This document shows positions 33,297 through 42,535 of a stretch of 64,000 nucleotides of DNA, one piece after another. Numbering within the stretch: position 1 is the first letter of the stretch; each line of letters opens with the position of its first letter. The stretch lies in NCBI GenBank assembly GCA_963805855.1, contig CAWDVW010000005.1:896001-960000 (forward strand), read 5' to 3'. The DNA comes from Candidatus Dadabacteria bacterium (GTDB lineage Bacteria > Desulfobacterota_D > UBA1144 > Nemesobacterales > CSP1-2). The notes beneath the pieces were generated by a model. That model saw only the letters and a list, made by a program, of their open reading frames with translations, was not told the DNA's origin and searched no databases. Both the position numbers and the translations under genes were made by a program.

Positions 33297-33648
33297 ACAC
33301 AAAAACCGCGTTTAGGGGTAGCAGCAAAACCGCTCTCAGATTGCCAATCGTTGATCCTGGGACATTCTGAGAGGGCAAATTTAGACCATCCATAATTGCC
33401 GGACAGCCTCCTAAGAATCTGGGATTGTAGAATAGCCTCCCAATTATACAATTCATGCAAGCGTTTTCAATCAAAGTTATTAAATACATATCCACACAGA
33501 GGAAAAAGGAGGACACCCCGTAAATATTGAATCAAATCTCACCTCCACCTGTAAAATTTCTTTTCCTGTCCTATTAATTTTCTGGGTCTATTATTAAACA
33601 TAAGAATTCGATTATAATGGACAGGATCCCGAATCGGAGAAGGATCTC

Positions 33649-33894
33649 TTAATTGAGTTTCGCTTCTATCTCTTTTTTAATTATCTCCCTCTCTTCTTTT
33701 AAATCAATTTCTGTAAATTCCTTATTTGCTCTGGAATACCAGTATCTTGAATTTGATATATCCCCCTCTTCCCTGTGAAGGTTTGCGTGTATCCAGTAAG
33801 CATAGATATTCTCTATAGACTGCACTGTCTTATGAGCTTCATCCCAATCCCCTTCATTCGCATATTTAATAGCCAGTAATAATTTTTCTTTCAT
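33649..33894 (-). CDS. Conserved small hypothetical protein
   Basis: WDEAH..VQ...AYWIHA.LHREEGD..N..YWY pattern. Confidence 0.75.
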   Translation of the reverse strand: MKEKLLLAIKYANEGDWDEAHKTVQSIENIYAYWIHANLHREEGDISNSRYWYSRANKEFTEIDLKEEREIIKKEIEAKLN

Positions 33895-33935
33895 GGTCTA
33901 TAGTTTATTTCAGCATCATGCCATAAATCAATACC

Positions 33936-33962
33936 GTAGGGTGCGAGCGTGGGCACTCTAGG
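33936..33962 (+). repeat. GTAG-type REP-like hairpin
   Basis: GTAGGGTGC...GCACTCTA. Confidence 0.45.
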
Positions 33963-34265
33963 ACAGAATCAAGTGTAGATAATCATCTTCTCAGCCCGAA
34001 AGTTAGATTTCTTTCTCTTATCCCATACGTATTTGCTCAACGACTCATTTAATAGGACCTTGAAGTTAATTCCCGCACCTCAAGCAAATTAGTCTCTAAG
34101 TGCAAAGTAGTCTTGAGTGATTCACTGTAACAATTGGAATAATTTGACAGGATCAAAATCTTATCAAATAATTTGTGTCAACGTTTCAAAAATCATTTCG
34201 TAATTTAATATAGTTTATTCTTGTCCCATTAGCAGAGAAATCATGTCCAAGAGAGGTGTAGATGT

Positions 34266-35522
34266 ATGATAAAGAAAATTGCTATCCTCAGTTGTCTATT
34301 GTTGATTCATATGCTTTTTTCGTTGGTTGCGCGAAGCCAAGATGGTCAAATCGGCGACTTCCCACCCTTCATCCCAAACGATTTGATGACAACCCCTTTC
34401 GGCCCTGCATATGCTGACATAGTCCTGGTTCCACCAAATTTCCTTCCGTGTAAAGGAGGCCCCTTCGCGCTATGTTATTATTCGGGACCGGATTCGGGGG
34501 ACCCTCCCCTTCCCTGCGTGATAACGGAAGACGGGAAGTTTGCTAACTGCAAATGCTTTGAATTTGCCTATGGAAAGTACTTTGTCGATATAAACGCTAT
34601 TTTGGATAAGGAAATCTACCTCGAGACCGTAGCCAAATGTGGTGTAGAAGGAATAATGTGTCAAGAAACCAATCAGGCGCCCGTTTGCGAATCTATAAAC
34701 CGCGGCGAGTTCATTCCAGGCGCCGACAGCATTTCCGCCTTCAGCTTTGAGTGTATACCCGAGCAGTTTATCGGTCAGACAAATTGCCCTCAGGCTCTTT
34801 ATGCGGGCTGTATGACGGCTCCTTGCATCAAGACAGATGAAGAGGGAATAGTCGATTGCCTTTGCCCAACCTTTGACGGACCATATCAGGTGGGGCTAAA
34901 TGATCAAACCTGCGATATAGGACCCGATTTCGTGTGGTCTGCCGCTTTCAATCCCAATCAGGGCGGGATGACATTCCCCTCACCACCCGGCTGCATTCCG
35001 GACGCCCCCGTCGACGCGGGAGGATGTCCCCTTTTGACTCGGGATATTATTCCCCCTCCACCTGCTGATGTGGATTGTGAAGAGGTGTGTCAGGAATACT
35101 CGGATTGTCAGAACGGCATGGGTATTGAATTAGGATTTACATGCGATGCGACCCTTTGTACCTCTACATGCGAAGATAGGGGGTTAGTGGCGGAGGCGTG
35201 CTCAGGGCTCGAGAACTGTGAAGTATCTGAAATCATAAAGTTGGAGGAAGAAGTAGGGTGCAGCTGTTGCGCGAGCCAGATATGTGGTTGTACGGCGAAT
35301 GCCAAGACAGATAACGAAGTATTTAAATTAAACGAAAAACAACGTGAGAGAAAAATTATTCCACAGTGCGATATAAATGGCACGTTGTGTGGAGAGAAGT
35401 CATCAACAAGTGGAGGAGGGTGCTCGCTTGCTCCTGCGGACGCTCCCTTATCAGTCCCTCTGTATTTGGTAATACCTTTATTCATTTTGCTGAGAGTGGT
35501 TAAGAAAACCAACGAGCGCTAA
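34266..35522 (+). CDS. Cysteine-rich exported protein with C-terminal GGGCS-TM-basic sorting signal
   Basis: Signal peptide; about 34 Cys; ends SSTSGGGCSLAPADAPLSVPLYLVIPLFILLRVVKK. Confidence 0.8.
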   Translation: MIKKIAILSCLLLIHMLFSLVARSQDGQIGDFPPFIPNDLMTTPFGPAYADIVLVPPNFLPCKGGPFALCYYSGPDSGDPPLPCVITEDGKFANCKCFEFAYGKYFVDINAILDKEIYLETVAKCGVEGIMCQETNQAPVCESINRGEFIPGADSISAFSFECIPEQFIGQTNCPQALYAGCMTAPCIKTDEEGIVDCLCPTFDGPYQVGLNDQTCDIGPDFVWSAAFNPNQGGMTFPSPPGCIPDAPVDAGGCPLLTRDIIPPPPADVDCEEVCQEYSDCQNGMGIELGFTCDATLCTSTCEDRGLVAEACSGLENCEVSEIIKLEEEVGCSCCASQICGCTANAKTDNEVFKLNEKQRERKIIPQCDINGTLCGEKSSTSGGGCSLAPADAPLSVPLYLVIPLFILLRVVKKTNER

Positions 35523-35802
35523 TAGGACCTATCTCAGAATCAGAAAGAAGAACCTGACTAGCCCGTTTATCTCTCTTAGTTGATTCGGAGAGGCCTGGTT
35601 CGGCGAATTATACCGACGCGCCGGCCATACCTGAGAAACTTTTTTTCTTCACACCCAAAAGCAGCCTATTGCACTATAAATTAACATACTAGACTTTAAT
35701 GAATACAATAATGCTATCGTGAGCCGAGGAAACAGATGAATCCAAAGAAAGGAAAAAGACTGAATTCCTATCAGACATGTTTTTTTGTATAGCTAAGTCA
35801 CC

Positions 35803-36711
35803 TCAACCCCTGACATTAGAAATTTTTTCCAAAGCGAGCATCAGTGCCTGTGTCCCCTTTCTTCCGTGTCCCTGTGCCCGAGCCGCAACGTACAGCTGAT
35901 GTACAAGGGCTAAACCTGGAAGACTCAGATTCATTCGCTCGGCCTCTTTGAGGGCAATTCCCATATCCTTGATAAAATGCTCTACAAAAAACCCGGGCCT
36001 GAAATCACGCTTCAGAATTCTCGGGGCAAGATTATCCAGCATCCAGCAAGCTGCAGCACCTCTGCTAACGGACTCGAGCATAGTTTTAAGATCGAGCCCC
36101 GCCTTATAACCGTAAAGAAGCGTCTCACACATACCAATCATTAACCCCGAAACCATTACCTGGTTACACATCTTTGCATGCTGACCAGAGCCAGCAGCTC
36201 CCTGATAGACAATATTTTTGCCCATAAGCCCAAAAAGAGGCATAACTGCCTCGACGGTATCCTTATCTCCGCCGACCATAATTGAGAGCTTACCTGCCAT
36301 GGCACCTATATCACCTCCCGAAACAGGGGCATCGATTGAAGTCGCCTTCTTGAGTCTAGCCTCCTTGTAAATCTCCTTTGAAAGCGAGGGCTCGGTCGTC
36401 GTCATATCTACCACAATGCTTCCGGGTTTTACACCCTTAATAACTCCCTTACTTCCGAAATAGACTTCTCTAACATCTTGAGGAAATCCTACCATTGTAA
36501 AAATAACATCGGAGTTTTGAGCCACAGCTTCCGGCGAATTTACCCAGGTTGCCCCCGAATCAATCAACTTTTTTGCCTTCTTCTTCGTGCGACTGTACAC
36601 AAAGGCTATATAACCTTTATCAATTATGTGCTGGCACATGGAGCTCCCCATCACGCCTGTCCCTATCCAGCCAATTTTCGTCTTAGACGGCAGAATTTTC
36701 ATTTTGCTCAT
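35803..36711 (-). CDS. NAD(P)-dependent 3-hydroxyisobutyrate/tartronate-semialdehyde dehydrogenase family
   Basis: IGWIGTGVMG, DAPVSGGDIGA, GSGQHAKMCNQ, FIKDM. Confidence 0.92.
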   Translation of the reverse strand: MSKMKILPSKTKIGWIGTGVMGSSMCQHIIDKGYIAFVYSRTKKKAKKLIDSGATWVNSPEAVAQNSDVIFTMVGFPQDVREVYFGSKGVIKGVKPGSIVVDMTTTEPSLSKEIYKEARLKKATSIDAPVSGGDIGAMAGKLSIMVGGDKDTVEAVMPLFGLMGKNIVYQGAAGSGQHAKMCNQVMVSGLMIGMCETLLYGYKAGLDLKTMLESVSRGAAACWMLDNLAPRILKRDFRPGFFVEHFIKDMGIALKEAERMNLSLPGLALVHQLYVAARAQGHGRKGTQALMLALEKISNVRG

Positions 36712-36986
36712 GTAAAGCACCCCTCTGGAATTCGAAATTAGAATTATGTAACTGTTGATATATCAACAAAAGACAATATCTAGGGAAGAAAAAGTCGATG
36801 CCACAGGTTTTGAATCTGAGACCCCAGAACAAACCCCAAATCAATCTGAAGAGGATATTTTCTCAGGACCGAAAATAGGTTATATCTCTCCAAATTGAAA
36901 TGCAAACGTAAAACGAATCTAAAAGACAACAGCCAAAAGTTATTTTATCCGATTCACCAAGTCAGTTGGGACAATATCGTTAGGTA

Positions 36987-37175
36987 TCACTTGCTTCTGG
37001 GAAAACCAAGATCCTTGCAGATCTTACGAGCCAGGTTGTCATTGATCTCACTATGTCGAGGGATTGCCGAACGCTTGTTTTGACGGGGATTGTGCCACCA
37101 CGAATGCCGGCCACCTTCCCTCAACAACTCACAACCGTTTCTTCGAAGATGCCGAAGAAGCTCATCCCGCTTCAT
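36987..37175 (-). CDS. hicA: HicA-family toxin (mRNA interferase)
   Basis: MKRDELLRHLRRNGC.LLREGGRH...IPRHSEI...LARKICKDL. Confidence 0.9.
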   Translation of the reverse strand: MKRDELLRHLRRNGCELLREGGRHSWWHNPRQNKRSAIPRHSEINDNLARKICKDLGFPRSK

Positions 37176-37384
37176 AAGGCAATAGGAGTTTCTTCAAATC
37201 CTTCGCCAGCAGCTTCCAACGCATCGCGACGATTCAACTCTAACGCTTCTCGAAGGGTCACTTTCAGCGTCTCAAGCAATTCTTCCTTCGTACGCTCCTG
37301 GCAATTGACACCAGGAATCTCTTCAACCCATCCAATCCACCAATGATTCTCCTGCTTAATGACTGCCGTGTATGTTTCCTTCAT
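37172..37384 (-). CDS. hicB: HicB-family antitoxin, short form
   Basis: YTAVI....WWIGWVEEIPGVNCQERTKEEL; ATGA overlap with hicA. Confidence 0.88.
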   Translation of the reverse strand: MKETYTAVIKQENHWWIGWVEEIPGVNCQERTKEELLETLKVTLREALELNRRDALEAAGEGFEETPIAL

Positions 37385-37430
37385 TTAATCCACCTATGGT
37401 TATGAATCTTGAATTGTAAAAATAGATTAT

Positions 37431-38054
37431 ATGGAAATATTTTCGGTTATCAACCATAATACTAAAAAGATGGGTAGAAAGAAAACTAGGTTTAAATATC
37501 AACTTAACCCGAAAGGTATAAGGAACTTACCAATAGACGAGATCAAGTCCATTTTGAGAGGGGCAGACGACCTGATAATGACCGGTGGCCGAACACTCTT
37601 AGCAAAAGTTTTAAAGGGTTCACGAGAAAAGAAGGTTACAGAGCTAGGCCTCGATAAGAGTCCTGTTTATGGGCATTACAAGCCACATTCAATCGATGAG
37701 ATCTTGGCACGCATTGATTGGGTCATTCTTAATGGATTTCTTGCCATCCAGTATGACGATCGATTACCCCTCCTCGTATATACTCAGAAGGGATGGGAGA
37801 TCGAGAAAGAAAATTATACCGATGAGTTAATCAGGGAATTTGATGAATTATTGGCCTTGGGAAAGAAACCTTTCGACATGTCCTACCTAAAAGACAAAAA
37901 TAGAGAACTGATCTGGCTTTTGTTGGATAAAGTGGAAGCAACCGGAAGTAAAAAATACATTCCACTGCTAGAGGAATGGAAGAAGATAGACTATAGAAAA
38001 GTAAGACAGAAAATCAAACAAGTCATCGACGCTCTAAACAACGCGGTAACTTGA
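37431..38054 (+). CDS. Stand-alone RQC (RecQ C-terminal winged-helix) domain protein
   Basis: ILRGADDLI..GGRTLLAKVLKGS...L...SPVYG; start may be 37470. Confidence 0.7.
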   Translation: MEIFSVINHNTKKMGRKKTRFKYQLNPKGIRNLPIDEIKSILRGADDLIMTGGRTLLAKVLKGSREKKVTELGLDKSPVYGHYKPHSIDEILARIDWVILNGFLAIQYDDRLPLLVYTQKGWEIEKENYTDELIREFDELLALGKKPFDMSYLKDKNRELIWLLLDKVEATGSKKYIPLLEEWKKIDYRKVRQKIKQVIDALNNAVT

Positions 38055-38367
38055 GTTAAAAGGTTAAATAGCCACTTAATATAGCTTAGACTCATCTGGA
38101 AAAATTCTTTGCTTGCGCCCAATAGTAGCTTAGTTCTCTGTAATTTAACATACAAGTATTTAACAAATTGAATAATACAGGCGCGACGAAATCATTGAAT
38201 GCAAATTGCTTAGATTGGTGCTTTTGCAAAGAAAATTAACTATAATTGATTTAAAGAATGAATAAAAAGGAACTATCACGGCATTTCTGAGTGACAAAAC
38301 TTTTCCGATACAGTAGATGTATCGTCTACTTTAACAAAGAAGTATTCTTAGCAATCCCACATCCTCA

Positions 38368-39711
38368 TTACAACGGGAAGCACTTGCCGAAGTCCTTTAG
38401 AAGTCTGAGAGATCCTTTGATTAGAATCTTACGCGTAAGTAGAGCCCAGATAATGCTCTTTTCCTTCCTGAGAAATCCTAGCCAGGTTTTGCTGTCGGCG
38501 GTTATATGAATATCCGCACTCCCTGCATGGCCCTCGTTAACCTGGAGAGCCCTATCTCTAATGACCACAGTAGCTTTGTAGGGCTCTTCCCCCGTAAACG
38601 TGAAGTGATATGTAGCGTTAATTCCGTCAGATTGGTTACGCTGAAAAACGAGCGGTAATCCCTCAATAAATCCCTTTATCGAAGCGGGCTTTATCCCGCT
38701 CCCAACCACCTTAGTTTTCTTGTGGGGAAATCTTTTATGAACATACGACTCCGCGTCAGAGTCTCTAGTTACATAGACTGTTTCTTTTTTCTCCTGTAAT
38801 GGCCTTACGACATCCTTCAGATATCCCGGTCTATCGGCTAAGAATGGACCGATTACATCTTCACCTGCGGGACAGACTGCCATGCAATAGGCAGCCTTGT
38901 AATTCGCGCCAAAGGAAAGGCTCTGCCACATCGAAGCTGATTCGGAGTCGGTCACCCTTCTTCGATAATCCACTGCGTCATTGCTCGCAGCTATTTTCTC
39001 AACCCAGTCTGTGAATCCTCCCATGAATTCACGATAGTTGTGTGTGTAGCAAGCTGAGAAATTGAAATAACCATCAGATCCTATTGCTCCGACGGGACAA
39101 GCAGAAACACATAACTTGCATTCGAGGCAAGGGTTATAATCAATCGGATGATCATAAGATCTCACCTCTGCGTCCATGAGTATTGTGCCGAGAAGTATAA
39201 AATTACCGAATTTTGGATGAATTACGTTTCTGTGAATCCCCATGTGACCAAGGCCTGCTGCGACTGCTACGGTTTTATGCGATACAATCCAGATCTTTCC
39301 CGGAAATCTATCCATCTCCATCGGAAAACCCATTGATGGGTTTATTGCCCCAACTTCTTTATTCTCAAGCTCGCAAACGATCCTGTGGGCGACCTCGTTT
39401 ACCTTATCGCCTGTATGATGAAACTCCAGGTTTGCCACTGAGCGACCCGGACTACGAATCGGCTCGCGATTCATTCGACAGACAAAGCTAATAAGTGTTT
39501 TTGTATGCGGAAAGTATGAGATGATGTCTTCCCTCTCAAAAGCAATTTCATCTCGGTCAATCTCTACTAAACCCACGTCATCGGCCCCTGCTTCCAGACA
39601 AAGCTCCCGCAACCATTTAGCATCAAGCTGGGACGAAGTCGTTGGCTTATCGTCTATTTTTAGCTTTTGATAGTAGTTTTTTACTGTTGGATGATCTTCG
39701 AGTTTCAGCAT
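38368..39711 (-). CDS. QueG/reductive-dehalogenase-like 4Fe-4S protein with C-terminal SCP2 lipid-binding domain
   Basis: GADDVG, SHKTVAVAAGLG..G, CLECKLCVSACP, CMAVCP; C-terminal YHFTFTG...AD..TW..FL....ALLTRK..IKG. Confidence 0.85.
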   Translation of the reverse strand: MLKLEDHPTVKNYYQKLKIDDKPTTSSQLDAKWLRELCLEAGADDVGLVEIDRDEIAFEREDIISYFPHTKTLISFVCRMNREPIRSPGRSVANLEFHHTGDKVNEVAHRIVCELENKEVGAINPSMGFPMEMDRFPGKIWIVSHKTVAVAAGLGHMGIHRNVIHPKFGNFILLGTILMDAEVRSYDHPIDYNPCLECKLCVSACPVGAIGSDGYFNFSACYTHNYREFMGGFTDWVEKIAASNDAVDYRRRVTDSESASMWQSLSFGANYKAAYCMAVCPAGEDVIGPFLADRPGYLKDVVRPLQEKKETVYVTRDSDAESYVHKRFPHKKTKVVGSGIKPASIKGFIEGLPLVFQRNQSDGINATYHFTFTGEEPYKATVVIRDRALQVNEGHAGSADIHITADSKTWLGFLRKEKSIIWALLTRKILIKGSLRLLKDFGKCFPL

Positions 39712-39766
39712 TTTCCCATTCTCATATGATTTAGCTACATTTAACTTTTACTATCGGAATATTTTA

Positions 39767-39820
39767 TGTAGTGGAGGTCTTTCGACGTCCATAAATGGAA
39801 TCCTAAAGGATTCCGCTACA
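39767..39820. repeat. 54-bp GTAG-type REP doublet
   Basis: TGTAGTGGA...TCCGCTACA with two internal hairpins; same length and layout as the 27162 and 41899 copies. Confidence 0.75.
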
Positions 39821-39873
39821 GCCATATCCTTACGTCGAATCAACGTCAGAAACATTGTCTCAACGCGTGAACA

Positions 39874-39900
39874 GATTCGCGGCTAGAAGCCGCTCCTGCA
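39874..39900 (-). repeat. REP-like hairpin (GCAGGAGCGGCTTCTAGCCGCGAA)
   Basis: GCGGCT/AGCCGC stem preceded by GCAG, a GTAG variant. Confidence 0.6.
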
Positions 39901-39924
39901 AGGTTTATTTAAGCTCGTTTTTTT

Positions 39925-39996
39925 CATGATCTTTCCAATACCGCTTGGAGCCGTTGTTACGATGGCCACTTTGTCCTCATATCTTTTATTCTTCAT
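39925..39996 (-). pseudogene. 5' remnant of a short-chain dehydrogenase/reductase
   Basis: GGAGG RBS then MKNKRYEDKVAIVTTAPSGIGK, a degenerate KVAIVTGAxSGIG Rossmann start; homology ends near the REP. Confidence 0.6.
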
Positions 39997-40015
39997 ATAC
40001 CCGTGCCTCCCGTGT

Positions 40016-40031
40016 GAGTGTATATACACTC
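40016..40031. promoter_or_regulatory. Putative MarR operator (perfect palindrome GAGTGTATATACACTC)
   Basis: 16-bp palindrome upstream of the SDR remnant; second copy at 40546-40561. Confidence 0.7.
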
Positions 40032-40046
40032 TGTTGTGCAAAATTT

Positions 40047-40538
40047 TTACCTGTGGTTACCTTGAACCTGAGATATTAACTCAGAAATATTCGATATCAT
40101 CGAGTTCCATTTATCGTTTCCAAGGTCATTTTTAATCCTTTGTTGCGTTTTCTCCCATAGCGGTAGAGCCTTTGATAGAAGCCTCCTTCCTTTTTCGGTA
40201 ATATCGATGTAACGAGTTCTAAGATCACTTCCCGGGTTAATTTCTATGAAGCCCTTCTTTTCTAAGGGGGATAGATTGCGGGCTAAGGTAGTCCTATCCA
40301 GCAACATGATCTCTGCCAATTTAGTAAGGGTTATTGGACCATAGCTAAAGATGTGACTTAGAACGGTAAACTGTGTACCCTTTAGGCCGATCGTTCTAAA
40401 TGCTCCATCAAAAAGACTTTGCACGACACGAGTTGCCTTTTTCAGATTGAAGCATGTGCATTCGCTGCAGTGAGCAACTTCGTATCTACTTAACTCAGCA
40501 GGGTCACCTTTTACCATGCTGTCCTTTTTCTTCGACAT
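40047..40538 (-). CDS. MarR-family transcriptional regulator
   Basis: CTCFNLKKATR..., QFTVL, LDRTTLARNL..LEKKG, DLRTR; start set at MSKK, downstream of the promoter. Confidence 0.92.
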   Translation of the reverse strand: MSKKKDSMVKGDPAELSRYEVAHCSECTCFNLKKATRVVQSLFDGAFRTIGLKGTQFTVLSHIFSYGPITLTKLAEIMLLDRTTLARNLSPLEKKGFIEINPGSDLRTRYIDITEKGRRLLSKALPLWEKTQQRIKNDLGNDKWNSMISNISELISQVQGNHR

Positions 40539-40545
40539 GATAAGT

Positions 40546-40577
40546 AGGAGTATATACACCTTTTATTTACTTGTCAA
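40546..40577 (-). promoter_or_regulatory. marR promoter overlapped by operator
   Basis: TTGACA-17 nt-TATACT; near-palindrome AGGAGTATATACACCT (40546-40561) covers the -10. Confidence 0.75.
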
Positions 40578-40610
40578 GTGGGGATTTTTATTTTTTTTTA
40601 AATATCAGTC

Positions 40611-40634
40611 CCGGGACTGAAAAGTCTCGGCTAC
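40611..40634 (-). repeat. GTAG-type REP hairpin
   Basis: Minus strand GTAG-CCGAGACT-TTTC-AGTCCCGG. Confidence 0.6.
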
Positions 40635-40786
40635 CATTAACGTTATTATCGCTGTCAATCATGACAGGTAAAGTTTTCGAACCTTGGTTCACATTGAAGT
40701 TGCAATAGAATATGGTTTGTGATAATTTTTTTATCGCTGTTCACAAAGAGTTACCCAGAATAATTTGTTAAAAGGAGAATCTAAGA

Positions 40787-41023
40787 ATGGAAAAGGGACT
40801 AATCGCCATTATGTTTTTAATTCTAGGCTGTGCTGGAGGAAGCTATTCTTCCAAAAAGGGCGATGGGTTTGATATGAGTATCTGCAACAATATCCCACTT
40901 AGTATTGAAGAATTCGAGGCTATGGACCCCGAAATAAAGGCACAAAAGATAAGCTGTGCAGATTTGGAAAGGTGCTCGGCAATTGCTGGACAGGCGGCAC
41001 CTCCAGACGTTCCCTGTGAATAG
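40787..41023 (+). CDS. Small putative lipoprotein
   Basis: AAGGAG RBS; ILGC lipobox; four further Cys. Confidence 0.6.
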   Translation: MEKGLIAIMFLILGCAGGSYSSKKGDGFDMSICNNIPLSIEEFEAMDPEIKAQKISCADLERCSAIAGQAAPPDVPCE

Positions 41024-41070
41024 AATAATTCTCAGGCAAGGGGGCAGAATACCCGCCCGTCTTGGTTCAA

Positions 41071-41889
41071 ATGGAAACAATTAGTATTCTGGGGTGCGGA
41101 TGGTTGGGACTTCCTCTCGGTGTTTATCTTGTCAAAAAGGGCTACAAGGTTAAAGGCTCAACTACCGAACCTTATAAATTAAAGCAAGTTAAAGAGAAGG
41201 GTATTGAGCCATACCTGATAGTTTTAAATCCTGAAATTCACGGAGCAAATTATGACGAATTCCTTAATTGCGACGTGCTAATAATCGATTTTCCTCCCGA
41301 AAGAAGAGACGACATAATTGATTACCATCAAGACCAAATAAAATCCCTAATCTCAGCTATAAGAAGCGGAACAGTCAAACACGTGATTTTTACAAGCTCG
41401 ACTTCTGTCTATCCAGACGTCAATCGCGAAGTTTATGAAGACCATGAATCAAAGCCGACTAAATCATCTGGGAAAGCCTTATTGAAGGTTGAAAATCTAT
41501 TGCGAGAGTCTCACAAGTTTGAAACAACAATCATAAGGTTTGGGGGATTGATAGGTTATGACCGCATGCCGGGAAAATTCCTAGCCGGCAAGAAGGACCT
41601 GGCTAGCGGTGATGCACCCGTTAATTTGATTCATCGGGACGATTGCATTCAGATTATTTATAAGATTATAACAAACAATATTTGGGGAGAGACATTCAAT
41701 GCCTGTGCTGATTTTCACCCTACAAGAAGGCAGTATTACACTCAACAGGCGGAGTTAATCGGGCTAACTCCACCATCATTTAATGAATCTGGGGCATGCA
41801 ATTACAAAATTGTTAGCAATAAGAAATTGAAGAAACTGTTGAATTACAAATTTAAATATCCTGATCCGGCAAAGATTGTTGAAAACTAA
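41071..41889 (+). CDS. Atypical SDR / NAD-dependent epimerase (YeeZ-like)
   Basis: ISILGCGWLG, SSTSVY, VNLIHRDD. Confidence 0.88.
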   Translation: METISILGCGWLGLPLGVYLVKKGYKVKGSTTEPYKLKQVKEKGIEPYLIVLNPEIHGANYDEFLNCDVLIIDFPPERRDDIIDYHQDQIKSLISAIRSGTVKHVIFTSSTSVYPDVNREVYEDHESKPTKSSGKALLKVENLLRESHKFETTIIRFGGLIGYDRMPGKFLAGKKDLASGDAPVNLIHRDDCIQIIYKIITNNIWGETFNACADFHPTRRQYYTQQAELIGLTPPSFNESGACNYKIVSNKKLKKLLNYKFKYPDPAKIVEN

Positions 41890-41898
41890 TGTTCATAG

Positions 41899-41952
41899 TG
41901 TAGCGGCGACCTTTAGGTCGCCAAAAATGGAGGACTGAAGTCCTCCGCTACA
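41899..41952. repeat. 54-bp GTAG-type REP doublet, intact copy
   Basis: TGTAGCGG-CGACCT/AGGTCG-CC-AAAAAT-GGAGGACT/AGTCCTCC-GCTACA. Confidence 0.85.
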
Positions 41953-42193
41953 ACCCATTTATCAGCGGGACATCAATGTTCCGGCTATCTTGATTAAATT
42001 CGCAAATTAGGATTTACGAGGGTTTCGAAGATCCAACCGACAAGACATATGAACCCCGGACAATCAGTGGAAGAAAGTCTCGTTAATCATTTCCGATTGA
42101 ACATTTACTTTCGATAATCTTATTTGGGAGCGCAGGTTGGAGATCTGTCATTCACCAAACTACGCTCCGGAAAGAATGGCTTACATAGAGTGT

Positions 42194-42535
42194 TTATGCA
42201 CTGAGCCTCACGTTCAATGCTCGAGTGATGACTTCAACAAGTTGCTCCTTCGGAACAGCCCCTATCACCTCTTCTACTGGCTTACCCTCTTTGAATAATA
42301 TCATTGTAGGGATACCCCTTATGCCATAAAAAGAAGCAGACCCGGGGTTATCGTCGACATTAAGCTTTGCGACCTTTAATTGCCCCTCGAATTCCTCCGC
42401 TATCTGCTCTATCACGGGACCCATCGTCCTACACGGCCCACACCAGGCAGCCCAAAAATCTACAAGTACGGGGAGCTTAGCGCCGAGTACCTCCTCATCA
42501 AAATTACTATCCGTCAACTGTATTATCCTGCTCAT
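42194..42535 (-). CDS. trxA: Thioredoxin
   Basis: VDFWAAWCGPC, IRGIPT. Confidence 0.96.
   Translation of the reverse strand: MSRIIQLTDSNFDEEVLGAKLPVLVDFWAAWCGPCRTMGPVIEQIAEEFEGQLKVAKLNVDDNPGSASFYGIRGIPTMILFKEGKPVEEVIGAVPKEQLVEVITRALNVRLSA

Noticed and set aside
33297-33450. Hairpin CTCTCAGA/TCTGAGAG and repeated AGCCTCC as a possible ncRNA
   Set aside because: No match to an RNA family I recognise; may only be a terminator region between convergent genes
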